From the NCBI GenBank assembly GCA_020724805.1, contig DYGI01000001.1:175157-239156 (forward strand): a stretch of 64,000 nucleotides of DNA. Direction: 5' to 3'. The DNA comes from Candidatus Microgenomatus sp. Lineage in GTDB: Bacteria > Patescibacteriota > Minisyncoccia > UBA6257 > GWB1-50-10. The notes under the pieces are model-generated. The model saw only the letters and a program-made list of their open reading frames with translations. It did not search any database and had not been told where the DNA came from. A program made the translations under genes and the position numbers. Below, piece after piece: positions 54,956-64,000 of this stretch (positions are counted from its first letter, which is position 1; each line of letters starts with the position of its first letter).

Positions 54956-55996
54956 ATGAAAGATGATTTTTCGGTGGCGAGGGTGACCGCCGAGCATAAA
55001 GGCGCCTATCGCGTGAAGAACGAACGAGGCGATTTTTACGCCACGATTACGGGCGCATGGATGTTCCGCGCCTCTTCGCGGGAGGATTATCCCGCCCTGG
55101 GTGATTGGGTAGCAATCACCGAGCTTGGAAACGAACGCGCGGTTATTGAGAAAATCATTCCGAGAAAAACGATTATCAAGAGGAAACGCGCCCGCGCGGA
55201 CGAGGTGCAGGTCATCGCGGCGAACGTTGACGTGGCTTTCGTGGTGGAGTCGGTGGACCGGGACTATAACCTGAACCGGTTTGAACGGTATTTCGCCCTG
55301 GCGCGCGACGGGGGAATACAGCCCGCCATCGTGCTCAATAAAACCGACCTCATCTCATCGGAGGAACGGGACGAAAAGACGGCTGAGATAAAACATAGAT
55401 TTCCTGACGTTGACGTGATCCTGACCAGCACGGTGAATGACGAGGGACTTTCTGCACTCCGAAATTATATAGAGAAAGGGAAGACCTACTGCTTTTTGGG
55501 CTCGTCGGGTGTGGGGAAGTCCACGCTCATCAATAAACTGCTCGGGAAGGACACTATTAAGACGGAGCGTATCAGTACGGCGACGGGGAAAGGGAAACAC
55601 GTGACGACGGCGCGGCAGATGTACTTTTTGGAGAACGGCAGTTCGACTTCGCTCACCGCAGGCGGCATCGTGATAGACAACCCCGGGATGCGGGAAGTGG
55701 GGATGGCGGACACGGGAGAAGGCGTCGACGATTTCTTTGGCGAAATAACCGCGCTCGCCGCGCAATGTAAATATGTTGACTGCACGCATATGCGCGAGCC
55801 CGGGTGCGCGGTGCGCGCGGCGGTGCAATCCGGTGCGCTCGATGAGGCGCAATATTCCAACTATCTCAACCTGAAAAAAGAAGCCGCGTATTATGAGATG
55901 AACAAATCGGAGAAAAGAGAAAAGGACCGGCAGTTTGGGAAATTCATCAAGCGGGCGAAGGACGAGTTAAAAAGAATTGGGCGGGGAAATTTGTGA
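54956..55996 (+). CDS. rsgA: Ribosome small subunit-dependent GTPase A
   Basis: Circularly permuted GTPase (NKTDL, GSSGVGKST, G.H.TT, DNPG) plus C...DC.H..EPGC zinc site. Confidence 0.93.
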   Translation: MKDDFSVARVTAEHKGAYRVKNERGDFYATITGAWMFRASSREDYPALGDWVAITELGNERAVIEKIIPRKTIIKRKRARADEVQVIAANVDVAFVVESVDRDYNLNRFERYFALARDGGIQPAIVLNKTDLISSEERDEKTAEIKHRFPDVDVILTSTVNDEGLSALRNYIEKGKTYCFLGSSGVGKSTLINKLLGKDTIKTERISTATGKGKHVTTARQMYFLENGSSTSLTAGGIVIDNPGMREVGMADTGEGVDDFFGEITALAAQCKYVDCTHMREPGCAVRAAVQSGALDEAQYSNYLNLKKEAAYYEMNKSEKREKDRQFGKFIKRAKDELKRIGRGNL

Positions 55997-56023
55997 TACG
56001 ATTTTTCATATGAATATAATCAA

Positions 56024-56059
56024 AATAAGTCTCATAGGATGAATAGGTCTAATACGTGG
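56024..56059 (+). repeat. Nonamer array (AATAGGTCT-like)
   Basis: aataagtct cataggatg aataggtct aatacgtgg. Confidence 0.5.
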
Positions 56060-56112
56060 GAAACAAAAAACACCCCTCGATACACTTAGGGCGTTTTTTG
56101 TTTTAAGAATTG

Positions 56113-56370
56113 TTAGGACAGGTGGTTCGATACGAGCTTGGTCATCTCGAACATATTGACCGTCGCCTTGCCGCCGAACACTTCCTTCAACTTCGCGTCA
56201 GCGTTGATGTTCCGCTTGTTCGAAGGGTCCTGCAGGTTGTGCTTCTTGATGTACTCCCAGAGCTTCTTCACGACCTCGGAGCGGGGCATCGGACCCTCGC
56301 CGACCACTGCCGCGAGCGCTGCATCCACCTGCATCGGCTTCATGAACGCGGAATTCGCTTTTCCTGGCAT
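56113..56370 (-). CDS. Stand-alone SWIB/MDM2 domain protein
   Basis: LAAVVG..PMPR.EVVKKLWEYIKKHNLQDP.NKR.I.AD..L..VF..MFEM.K. Confidence 0.92.
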   Translation of the reverse strand: MPGKANSAFMKPMQVDAALAAVVGEGPMPRSEVVKKLWEYIKKHNLQDPSNKRNINADAKLKEVFGGKATVNMFEMTKLVSNHLS

Positions 56371-56449
56371 AGGATTATCTATAAATGTATGTTGGGTGAC
56401 CTTTATACAAGGGTAGCAAATAAGGGGGAAATAGCAAATGGCGGAGGTT

Positions 56450-57469
56450 TCATAGGTATTTCCCTGCAATGACTCGGAAAAGCTTTTCGGCGTAGATCTC
56501 GTTCAGCGGTGCCGACGGATGGTTGTCGAAGCGGTTGATGGTAAAGTGGCCATCCGGGAAGTTGGAAAGAATCTCCTCCTCGTAGTTGTGGGTCACAAAG
56601 CCAATATCTTTCGCCGCCGTCTCCGCCTGGCGAACCGCCGCAAGATATGTGGCAACCCGTTCGTCCGGGTTCGCATAGTCAACCGGCCGGTCGAAGTAGA
56701 CGCTGTGGTTCAAGACCGCGAATAGAGGAGGCGGCAACCGCCGTTCGTCAGAAATTTTCATGATGCCATTCAGGGAATCGAGGAACACGTGCCAGTCGGG
56801 CGAATCTTCAGTATAAGACTCCCTTATCAAACTTAACCACGACGGGGTGCGTCCCAACTTTTCCTCGACACTGAAGAAAGATTTTCGGAAAAGCCGGCCC
56901 CAGTAGTAAAGTTTTGCGTCGGTGGAGGCATTGAGAACAGACGACAATAGTTTAGTGTCGGTTGGCGGGAGACTTCCGTTTCGGTTGTTGCACTGTGTGT
57001 CGTTTGAGACATATCCGACGACGATGAGATCCGGTTCCACTGCGGAGATGTATTTGGTGAGCGTATCAAACTCGGCTTTCGTGCACGCACCTTCCCTGCC
57101 GAAGTTTACCACCTCAAATTTTTTACCCAACGCGGTTTCGTTCAGTTTGTGTTCCAAAATGTTCGTGAATCGCTCTTCAGGCGCGAGGCCTGTACCGAAA
57201 ACGAAAGAATCGCCGAGGACCATGATACGGTATGTGCCATCGGGTTTCGGGATCTCAAAATCACGGTCGCGGAACCCCAACTTATTGAGGATCACGGGAT
57301 GACCCCACGTATAGAACGTTTCGCCGATTCTGCCGTTCGGCAGGATGGTTTCCGCGTCGAGCGCCCTCATGCTCCAATCGGTTACGTAAAAGAGCGACAC
57401 GACGAGCGCGAGGCTGAGGGTGGTTTTGAGCGCAAGCACTTTGAATCGGTCACCTGCCATCATTTTCAT
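56450..57469 (-). CDS. SGNH/GDSL hydrolase family protein
   Basis: N..GFRD, LGDSF, VNFG, ND, DNHP catalytic blocks; N-terminal TM. Confidence 0.85.
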   Translation of the reverse strand: MKMMAGDRFKVLALKTTLSLALVVSLFYVTDWSMRALDAETILPNGRIGETFYTWGHPVILNKLGFRDRDFEIPKPDGTYRIMVLGDSFVFGTGLAPEERFTNILEHKLNETALGKKFEVVNFGREGACTKAEFDTLTKYISAVEPDLIVVGYVSNDTQCNNRNGSLPPTDTKLLSSVLNASTDAKLYYWGRLFRKSFFSVEEKLGRTPSWLSLIRESYTEDSPDWHVFLDSLNGIMKISDERRLPPPLFAVLNHSVYFDRPVDYANPDERVATYLAAVRQAETAAKDIGFVTHNYEEEILSNFPDGHFTINRFDNHPSAPLNEIYAEKLFRVIAGKYL

Positions 57470-57518
57470 ACTACATCAAGTCGCTTGCTGCGTGAGCGAC
57501 TTATTTTTTGATACCATT

Positions 57519-57986
57519 ATGATAATGACAAAAAAGTTATTGATAGCGGCAGGAGTCGTGATAGTGCTTGGGGTGGCGTACTGGCTTATCTCTCCACTCT
57601 TTATTGATGTTGAGGTGAGCGAATCATTAACAGACATTGAAGTGGATAACGCGGAAATGGCCCAAGCGCCTGAAATAGTAAGGCAAGGGACCTTCGTGTC
57701 GCTCGCAGGGCACTCCGCGGAGGGCACCGCGACCCTCGTGAAGGCGGGGGAGAAGTACTATGTGCGGTTCGAAGACGACTTTGAGATGACGAACGGTCCC
57801 GACCTCTTCGTCCACTTCGGGAAAAACGACGCCTATGCCATTGAGGCACGCCTTGGGGCCCTGAAGGGGAACATCGGGAGCCAGAATTACGAGGTTCCGG
57901 AGGGAATAGACCCTCTCCAATACGAGGATGTGTGGGTGTGGTGCCGGGCTTTTGCCGTGCCGTTCGGGAAAGCTACCCTCAAATAG
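57519..57986 (+). CDS. DM13 domain protein
   Basis: G.F...H..EG, NGPDL.V, LG.LKGN.GSQNY, VWCRAF..PFG.A. Confidence 0.88.
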   Translation: MIMTKKLLIAAGVVIVLGVAYWLISPLFIDVEVSESLTDIEVDNAEMAQAPEIVRQGTFVSLAGHSAEGTATLVKAGEKYYVRFEDDFEMTNGPDLFVHFGKNDAYAIEARLGALKGNIGSQNYEVPEGIDPLQYEDVWVWCRAFAVPFGKATLK

Positions 57987-58026
57987 GTCTAATAGGCCCG
58001 ATAAGAAGAACAGGTCTGATGGGAAG
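57982..58026 (+). repeat. Nonamer array (AATAGGTCT-like)
   Basis: aataggtct aataggccc gataagaag aacaggtct gatgggaag. Confidence 0.5.
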
Positions 58027-58155
58027 TTGACCGTGGCGCTAAAACATCGCGGAATTTTTTGTTGTCCACTATTGACGGTGTATTGAGGGGAGGGATAGGG
58101 TATACCCACGCAACTTAAAATCACTCATATCAATCAGAAAGGTAGGTGAAAACCT

Positions 58156-60888
58156 ATGGAAGCAACGAGAGAGAGCACTCCCACAACGGCGAGTGCACAG
58201 AAACGCGGCAACGGGGTGCGCGGATTGAAATTTTCGCGCTACTTTACGAAGCCGAACATTCATCCGTTCGATCAAATCGAATGGGAGAAGCGCGACGCCG
58301 TCATCACGAACGAGAAGGGTGTGAAGGTGTTCGAGCAGAAGGACGTGGAGATACCCAAAAGCTGGTCCATGACCGCGACGAACGTGGTCGTGTCCAAATA
58401 TTTCCACGGTGCGCTTGGAACTCCTGCACGCGAAACGAGCGTGAAGCAGCTCGTCGAGCGCGTGGCGAAGACTTATCTCGCATGGGGGAAGCGTCGCAAC
58501 TACTTCGCAACCGACGAAGATGCCGAGATCTTTTACCAAGAGCTCGTGTATCTCCTGGTGAACCAATACATGGCATTCAACAGCCCTGTGTGGTTCAACG
58601 TCGGCGCGGAAGAGAGGCCGCAATGTTCCGCGTGCTTCATCAACTCCGTCCAAGATTCGATGGAATCCATTTTGGATCTCGCGAAGACGGAAGGCATGCT
58701 CTTCAAGTGGGGATCGGGAACCGGTTCGAATCTTTCCACGTTGCGTTCTTCAAAAGAACGTTTGTCGCGTGGTGGCGTTCCTTCGGGTCCGGTCTCTTTC
58801 ATGCGTGGATATGATGCGTTTGCGGGTGTCATCAAGTCGGGCGGCACGACACGTCGCGCGGCAAAAATGGTCATCTTGAACGCGGACCATCCCGACATCA
58901 TGGATTTCATTCGTTGCAAAGCGGATGAAGAGAAGAAGGCGTGGGTGCTGATCGACAATGGATACGATGGTGGATTCAACGTGCCGGGCGGCGCGTATGA
59001 CACCATCGCGTTCCAGAACGCGAACCACTCCGTCCGCGTGACCGATGAATTCATGAAGGCGGTCATCGAGGACAAGGAATGGATTACCCGCGCCGTGACG
59101 AGCGGCACCGAGGTGGAGAAGCTCCGGGCGCGCGACATGATGCGCCAGATCGCCGATGCGGCGTGGATATGCGGAGATCCCGGCATGCAGTACCACACGC
59201 TTATCAACGGTTGGCACACGTGTCCGAACACCGCGCCCATCAATGCCTCCAACCCCTGCAGTGAATATATGTTCTTGGACGATACCGCTTGCAATCTGGC
59301 GTCCTTGAATCTCATGATGTTCCGGCGGAAGAACGGGTCGTTCCACGTCGAGAAATTCCGGCGCGCGGTATGCATTACCATCACCGCGATGGAGATATCC
59401 GTGGACAATTCCAGCTATCCGACTCCTCGGATAACGGAGAATTCCCACGAGTATCGACCGCTTGGACTCGGCTACGCGAACCTCGGCGCGCTTTTGATGG
59501 CGCGGGGATATGCGTACGATTCGGACGAAGGGCGTGCGCTTGCGGCGGTGATTACTTCACTCATGACCGGCGAAGCGTATGCGCAGTCGGCGCGGATTGC
59601 GGAGGTGAAAGGCCCATTCAACGGCTTTACGCCAAACCGCGAACCGATGCTTGCGGTGCTTGCGAAGCACTGTGCACATGCCGAAGGCATCAACGCGACG
59701 CTCGTGCCCGCAGATCTTTGGGCCGCATCCGTGGAGTCGTGGAAGACCGCGATTGCGATCGGCGCCGAACACGGAATCCGAAACTCGCAGGCAACAGTTC
59801 TCGCACCCACCGGCACCATCGGTTTCATGATGGATTGCGATACGACCGGCGTGGAGCCCGACATTGCGCTTGTGAAGTACAAGAAGCTCGTGGGCGGCGG
59901 CTCGATGAAGTTGGTGAACCAGACGGTTCCGGAAGCGCTTGCGAAGCTCGGATATGACGAGGCGCAGGTGCAGGATATCATCGGGTACATCGATGAGCAC
60001 GACACCATCGAAGGGGCGCCACATCTGAAGCCGGAGCATCTCCCCGTGTTTGACTGCGCGTTCAAGCCCGAGAAAGGCGAACGCTCCATTCACTACATGG
60101 GACATGTCCGTATGATGGGTGCGGTGCAGCCGTTCTTGTCGGGCGCGATATCGAAGACCGTCAATATGCCGAATAACGCGACGGTGGAAGATATCGAGAA
60201 CGCATACCTCGAAGCGTGGAAGCTGGGGCTCAAAGCCATCGCAATCTATCGCGATGGTTGCAAAAAGACCCAACCGCTTTCCACGTCGCGTGATACGAGC
60301 GGCAAAGTCGTTCCGAAACCGGTGCGCCGCCATCTCCCGGATACGCGGGAATCGGTCACGCATAAGTTCTCTATTGTCGGTCACGAAGGATACGTTACGA
60401 TCGGCATGTTTGAGGACGGCTCTCCCGGTGAGATGTTCATCACGATGTCCAAGGAAGGTTCCACCATTTCGGGCCTTATGGACTCGTTCGCGACCCAGAC
60501 CTCCATTGCGTGGCAGTATGGCGTTCCACTCGATGTGATGGTGAGGAAGTTCAGCCACGCTCGGTACGAACCTTCGGGATTCACTACCAATCCGGAGATT
60601 CAGATCGCCAAATCGATTACCGATTATATTTTCCGCTGGCTCGGGAAATATTTCGGTGTTGAGGAGGAGACCATGCGTGAACAGCCGACTCTCGCGAACG
60701 GAGCGCCTCCTGTGCCTCCTGTGCAGGAACAGGCGAAAAACGTCACTGAAGAACAGAAAGCGCATGAACATCGCGTTTTTGTTCAGCAAGCCGACGCGCC
60801 TCCGTGTTCCGAATGCGGCGCCATCATGGTGCGTGGCGGCAGTTGTTATAAGTGTTTGGAATGCGGTTCCACTTCCGGATGCTCTTAA
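58156..60888 (+). CDS. nrdJ: Class II (adenosylcobalamin-dependent) ribonucleotide reductase
   Basis: FNSPVWFN, SACFI, SNPCSE, APTGTI, C-terminal TSCPD-like domain with Cys-rich end. Confidence 0.93.
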   Translation: MEATRESTPTTASAQKRGNGVRGLKFSRYFTKPNIHPFDQIEWEKRDAVITNEKGVKVFEQKDVEIPKSWSMTATNVVVSKYFHGALGTPARETSVKQLVERVAKTYLAWGKRRNYFATDEDAEIFYQELVYLLVNQYMAFNSPVWFNVGAEERPQCSACFINSVQDSMESILDLAKTEGMLFKWGSGTGSNLSTLRSSKERLSRGGVPSGPVSFMRGYDAFAGVIKSGGTTRRAAKMVILNADHPDIMDFIRCKADEEKKAWVLIDNGYDGGFNVPGGAYDTIAFQNANHSVRVTDEFMKAVIEDKEWITRAVTSGTEVEKLRARDMMRQIADAAWICGDPGMQYHTLINGWHTCPNTAPINASNPCSEYMFLDDTACNLASLNLMMFRRKNGSFHVEKFRRAVCITITAMEISVDNSSYPTPRITENSHEYRPLGLGYANLGALLMARGYAYDSDEGRALAAVITSLMTGEAYAQSARIAEVKGPFNGFTPNREPMLAVLAKHCAHAEGINATLVPADLWAASVESWKTAIAIGAEHGIRNSQATVLAPTGTIGFMMDCDTTGVEPDIALVKYKKLVGGGSMKLVNQTVPEALAKLGYDEAQVQDIIGYIDEHDTIEGAPHLKPEHLPVFDCAFKPEKGERSIHYMGHVRMMGAVQPFLSGAISKTVNMPNNATVEDIENAYLEAWKLGLKAIAIYRDGCKKTQPLSTSRDTSGKVVPKPVRRHLPDTRESVTHKFSIVGHEGYVTIGMFEDGSPGEMFITMSKEGSTISGLMDSFATQTSIAWQYGVPLDVMVRKFSHARYEPSGFTTNPEIQIAKSITDYIFRWLGKYFGVEEETMREQPTLANGAPPVPPVQEQAKNVTEEQKAHEHRVFVQQADAPPCSECGAIMVRGGSCYKCLECGSTSGCS

Positions 60889-60978
60889 CGGCCACCTTCC
60901 TGATTCATTTCATCCCCCCGAGGGGCGACATCCGTCGCCCCTCTCTTTTTTCTAAAAAAGTGATATAATGCCCGTAAT

Positions 60979-61062
60979 ATGTTCGCCCATCTCGAGTTTT
61001 GGGTGTTCGTTATCGCGGGACTGCTCCTCGCATACCTTGGCTATACCGCGTTTGTGAGCTGA
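60979..61062 (+). CDS. 27-aa single-TM small protein (MFAHLEFWVFVIAGLLLAYLGYTAFVS)
   Basis: ATG 9 nt after TGaTATAAT; wholly hydrophobic; stop 5 nt before the adaptor gene. Confidence 0.5.
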   Translation: MFAHLEFWVFVIAGLLLAYLGYTAFVS

Positions 61063-61067
61063 AACCT

Positions 61068-62666
61068 ATGCAGCACCCAGTGCCGACCCATCATCCGCAT
61101 CCCAAACGACGGCGTAAGTGGCTGTGGGTGGTTGGTGTTCTCGCGATAGGTGCGGGCGTGCTCGCCGCATACGCGTTTGGAGGAAATGAGCCGCGACCCG
61201 AGGAGGTTGAAGTGACGCGCGGCACCGTGGTGGAAACCGTGTCGGTTACCGGGCGAGTAAAGCCGGCATCGAGCGTAGACCTTGCATTCGAGCGGAGCGG
61301 AAAAATAGCGCGAGTACTTGCGAAAGTGGGGGATCGTGTAGAAGCGCGTGTCGCGCTCGTCGAACTTTCGGCCGACGATCTTCGCGCGGAAGTTCGGGAA
61401 GCCGAAGCGCAGGTTGCGACTGAAACCGCAAATCTGGAAGCGCTGACGCGCGGAACCCGTCCGGAAGAAATTACGGTGAAAAATGCGGAAGTTGCGAAAG
61501 TGGAACAGGATCTCGCAAACTATTACACCGCCGCGCTTGTGATTGTGGAAGATGCCTACGCGAAGGCGGACGACGCGGTGAGGGTGAAGACCGATGCGTT
61601 ATTTTCGAATGACGATACTTCCACACTCTCACTGACCTTCAGCGTGTCCGATTCTCAAGCGCAAGGCGATGTGGTGGACCTGCGGCGCCGTGCGGGAACG
61701 ACTCTCGGTACGTGGAATGCGGAATTGCGAAACGTGCGTGCATCCACCACGCCCTCCTCCGTTTCCGCGCTTCTTATTTCGTCGGCCACTCATCTTGCGT
61801 TGGTGCGCGACTACCTTGCCCGTGCGGTGGACGCGGTGAATTTTTCGGTGGGACTCACGCAAGCTACTGCGGATGCATATCGGGGAGATATCACCACGGG
61901 ACGTACCAATGTGGCGGCGGCGACCACCGCCGTATCTGGCGCATCACAAAACCTCGCTGCGCAGGCGCTTACCGTGGCACGGGTACGTTCAGAGCTTGCA
62001 CTTCTTACCGCCGGCGCTACTGCTGAAGCGATTTCGGCGCAGCGCGCAAAACTTCTCCAAGCTGAAGCGCGGCGGGACGTGGCGCAGGCCGCGCTCGCAA
62101 AAACCGTTATTACCGCGCCGTTCGCGGGACTCGTAACTAAGCAGGATGCGGAGGTGGGGGAGATTGTGGCGGCGAATACGCCGCTCGTGTCGCTCATTGC
62201 CGAGCGCTCACTCGAGATAGAGGCATTCATCCCGGAAGTGGACGTGGGAAAAGTGTCGGTCGGCAATACGGCGGCCGTTACTTTTGACGCATACGGAGCG
62301 GCGCGCGTGTTTAGTGTGCGGGTCGGGCAAATAGAGCCGGCCGAGACCGTAGTGGAAGGAGTAGCTACCTATCGCACGGTGTTCCATTTTGCGGATAGCG
62401 ATCGAGAGGCATATGAGCTCATAAAATCCGGCATGACCGCGGATCTTGAAATAGAGACCGCACGACGCGAGAACGTACTTATGGTCCCGTTCCGCGCGCT
62501 TCGCGAACGGAACGGCGGAGGGTGGTTTGCATATTTTGTCGGTCGCGAAGGGGCCCTCACCGAGCGCGGCGTGTTGATAGGACTTCGCGGCACCGATGGA
62601 ACCGTCGAAGTGAGGGAAGGGCTTTCGGAGGGAGATACGATCGTGGCGGCCCCACCTCGCGAATAA
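61068..62666 (+). CDS. Efflux periplasmic adaptor subunit (MacA/HlyD-like) with long hairpin
   Basis: VSVTG.V, G.I..V..KVGD.V, I.APF.G, GM.A, VP..A, GL.EGD. Confidence 0.85.
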   Translation: MQHPVPTHHPHPKRRRKWLWVVGVLAIGAGVLAAYAFGGNEPRPEEVEVTRGTVVETVSVTGRVKPASSVDLAFERSGKIARVLAKVGDRVEARVALVELSADDLRAEVREAEAQVATETANLEALTRGTRPEEITVKNAEVAKVEQDLANYYTAALVIVEDAYAKADDAVRVKTDALFSNDDTSTLSLTFSVSDSQAQGDVVDLRRRAGTTLGTWNAELRNVRASTTPSSVSALLISSATHLALVRDYLARAVDAVNFSVGLTQATADAYRGDITTGRTNVAAATTAVSGASQNLAAQALTVARVRSELALLTAGATAEAISAQRAKLLQAEARRDVAQAALAKTVITAPFAGLVTKQDAEVGEIVAANTPLVSLIAERSLEIEAFIPEVDVGKVSVGNTAAVTFDAYGAARVFSVRVGQIEPAETVVEGVATYRTVFHFADSDREAYELIKSGMTADLEIETARRENVLMVPFRALRERNGGGWFAYFVGREGALTERGVLIGLRGTDGTVEVREGLSEGDTIVAAPPRE

Positions 62667-62670
62667 TCCC

Positions 62671-63387
62671 ATGGTGCTCATCGAAGCCCGCGACCTCGAA
62701 AAAACCTATTGGGACGACGGCGTGGTGACCCCGGCACTCCGGGGAGTTTCATTCGATATCAAGAAAGGAGAATTCGTAGCGATCATGGGTCCGTCGGGGT
62801 CGGGCAAGTCCACACTTCTCCATTTGCTTGGATTTCTCGACCGACCGACCAGCGGCTTGTACCGCTTTGACGGCCGCGCGATAGACGAACATTCGGACCA
62901 TGATCTCGCGGAAGTGCGAAATAGGAAAATGGGATTCGTGTTTCAAACGTTCAATCTTCTTCCACGCGCGACCACGTTGGAAAATGTAAAACTTCCACTT
63001 CTTTACTCGGGCATTCCGGAGAAAAAGTGGAATCATATGGCGGAGGAGGCCATCGAAGCGGTGGGGCTTACCCATCGCCTTCACCACGAGTCCTCACAGC
63101 TTTCGGGAGGGGAACGCCAACGGGTGGCGATTGCGCGCGCGTTGGTATTGACCCCGGAGATCATCTTTGCGGATGAACCGACCGGCAATCTTGATTCGAA
63201 ATCGGGTCAGGCGGTAATGAGTATTTTGGAAAAATTGAACCGTACTCGCGGTCACACCATCGTGCTTATCACGCACGAAACCTATACGGCCGAACAGGCG
63301 GAACGCATTCTTCACCTTATGGATGGGGAACTGGTGAAGGACGAAAAGGTCAAAGCGCGGCGCACGAGCGATCACTTTATAAAGTGA
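62671..63387 (+). CDS. ABC transporter ATP-binding protein (MacB/LolD family)
   Basis: [33 protein letters not shown]. Confidence 0.95.
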   Translation: MVLIEARDLEKTYWDDGVVTPALRGVSFDIKKGEFVAIMGPSGSGKSTLLHLLGFLDRPTSGLYRFDGRAIDEHSDHDLAEVRNRKMGFVFQTFNLLPRATTLENVKLPLLYSGIPEKKWNHMAEEAIEAVGLTHRLHHESSQLSGGERQRVAIARALVLTPEIIFADEPTGNLDSKSGQAVMSILEKLNRTRGHTIVLITHETYTAEQAERILHLMDGELVKDEKVKARRTSDHFIK

Positions 63388-63410
63388 TCATTGATTATTA
63401 ATTATTGACT

Positions 63411-64000
63411 ATGGTATTTCGACGCGCCCTTGGCACCTCGTGGAAAGGTTTGAACACCCACCGAACCCGGTCGGCTTTGACCATACTCGGCATTGTGATA
63501 GGGGTGACCGCCATCATCCTCATCGTGTCCTTGGGCGAGGGCGCACAGGCGCTTATCTTGGGCGAGGTGCAGTCGATTGGGGCGAAGACCATCGCGGTCG
63601 TGCCGGGGCGCGAACCGAAAGGGCCTTCGGATTTTTTAAGCACCTTCACCGACTCTCTGAAGCAGAAAGACATTGATGCGCTCTCGCGCACCACGAACGC
63701 GCCGCATATTTCGAGGATCATGCCGATCGTTTTCGGAAGTCAGAGCGCATCGTATGGCGGAGAGACCTATCGCCCTACCATCTACGGCGCAACGCCGCTC
63801 TTTGCGGACATCTACAATATTGCGCCTGTGGAGGGGCGCATCTTCAATGATGATGAGGTGAGGGGGTATGCGGACGTAGTAATCATCGGAAATAAAGTGG
63901 CGGAGGAACTCTTTGGGAACGAAGAGGCGCTCGGGAAAAGGATACGGATAAAGGAGAAAAGCTTCCGCGTTATCGGCGTGTTGGGCGCCGCCGGCCAATC
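63411..64000 (+). CDS. MacB-type ABC permease (3' truncated by window; absent from ORF track)
   Basis: MVFRRALGTSWKGLNTHRTRSALTILGIVIGV..II.IVSLGEG. Confidence 0.88.
   Translation, partial: MVFRRALGTSWKGLNTHRTRSALTILGIVIGVTAIILIVSLGEGAQALILGEVQSIGAKTIAVVPGREPKGPSDFLSTFTDSLKQKDIDALSRTTNAPHISRIMPIVFGSQSASYGGETYRPTIYGATPLFADIYNIAPVEGRIFNDDEVRGYADVVIIGNKVAEELFGNEEALGKRIRIKEKSFRVIGVLGAAGQ

Noticed and set aside
58060-58155. NrdR box or cobalamin riboswitch upstream of nrdJ
   Set aside because: Only a weak single partial match (ccactattgacggtgt); no tandem box and no B12-box or room for the riboswitch fold.
1-64000. CRISPR array, rRNA, transposase/integrase, or TGA-to-Gly recoding
   Set aside because: No regular repeat-spacer array, rRNA or recombinase seen; conserved genes end normally at TGA and are not interrupted.

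Overview
Bacterial chromosomal segment whose gene content points to Patescibacteria/CPR (Parcubacteria-like). This placement is inferred from the rny-hup and hisS-rpsU-yqeY-ybeY-ftsA-ftsZ clusters, the Thr/Ser-tailed secreted proteins and the PilM/N-like gene; TGA acts as a stop codon. The window holds housekeeping genes, 7 tRNA genes, an ECF sigma operon, a stress/proteostasis block (iscS-like, SIMPL, htrA, CIRCE-clpB), a 1142-aa surface protein followed by two O-antigen-ligase/OTase-like genes and a ~19 kb glycan locus, class II ribonucleotide reductase and a MacAB-like ABC exporter. The most unusual signals are non-coding. (1) Five of the seven tRNA genes are followed by a structured 70-180 nt element that ends in a second copy of that tRNA's own 3' end; most also carry an antisense segment that changes with tRNA identity. 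(2) Inverted TAGGGnn/nnCCCTA heptamer arrays bracket a four-helix-bundle gene and also occur empty, including twice in frame inside the cysteine desulfurase. (3) A MITE with target-site duplications occurs twice. (4) A REP-like repeat has inserted in frame into proteins. (5) An AA(G)GTCG motif recurs 17-25 nt before start codons that lack a Shine-Dalgarno. All calls come from reading the sequence by eye; no searches were run.
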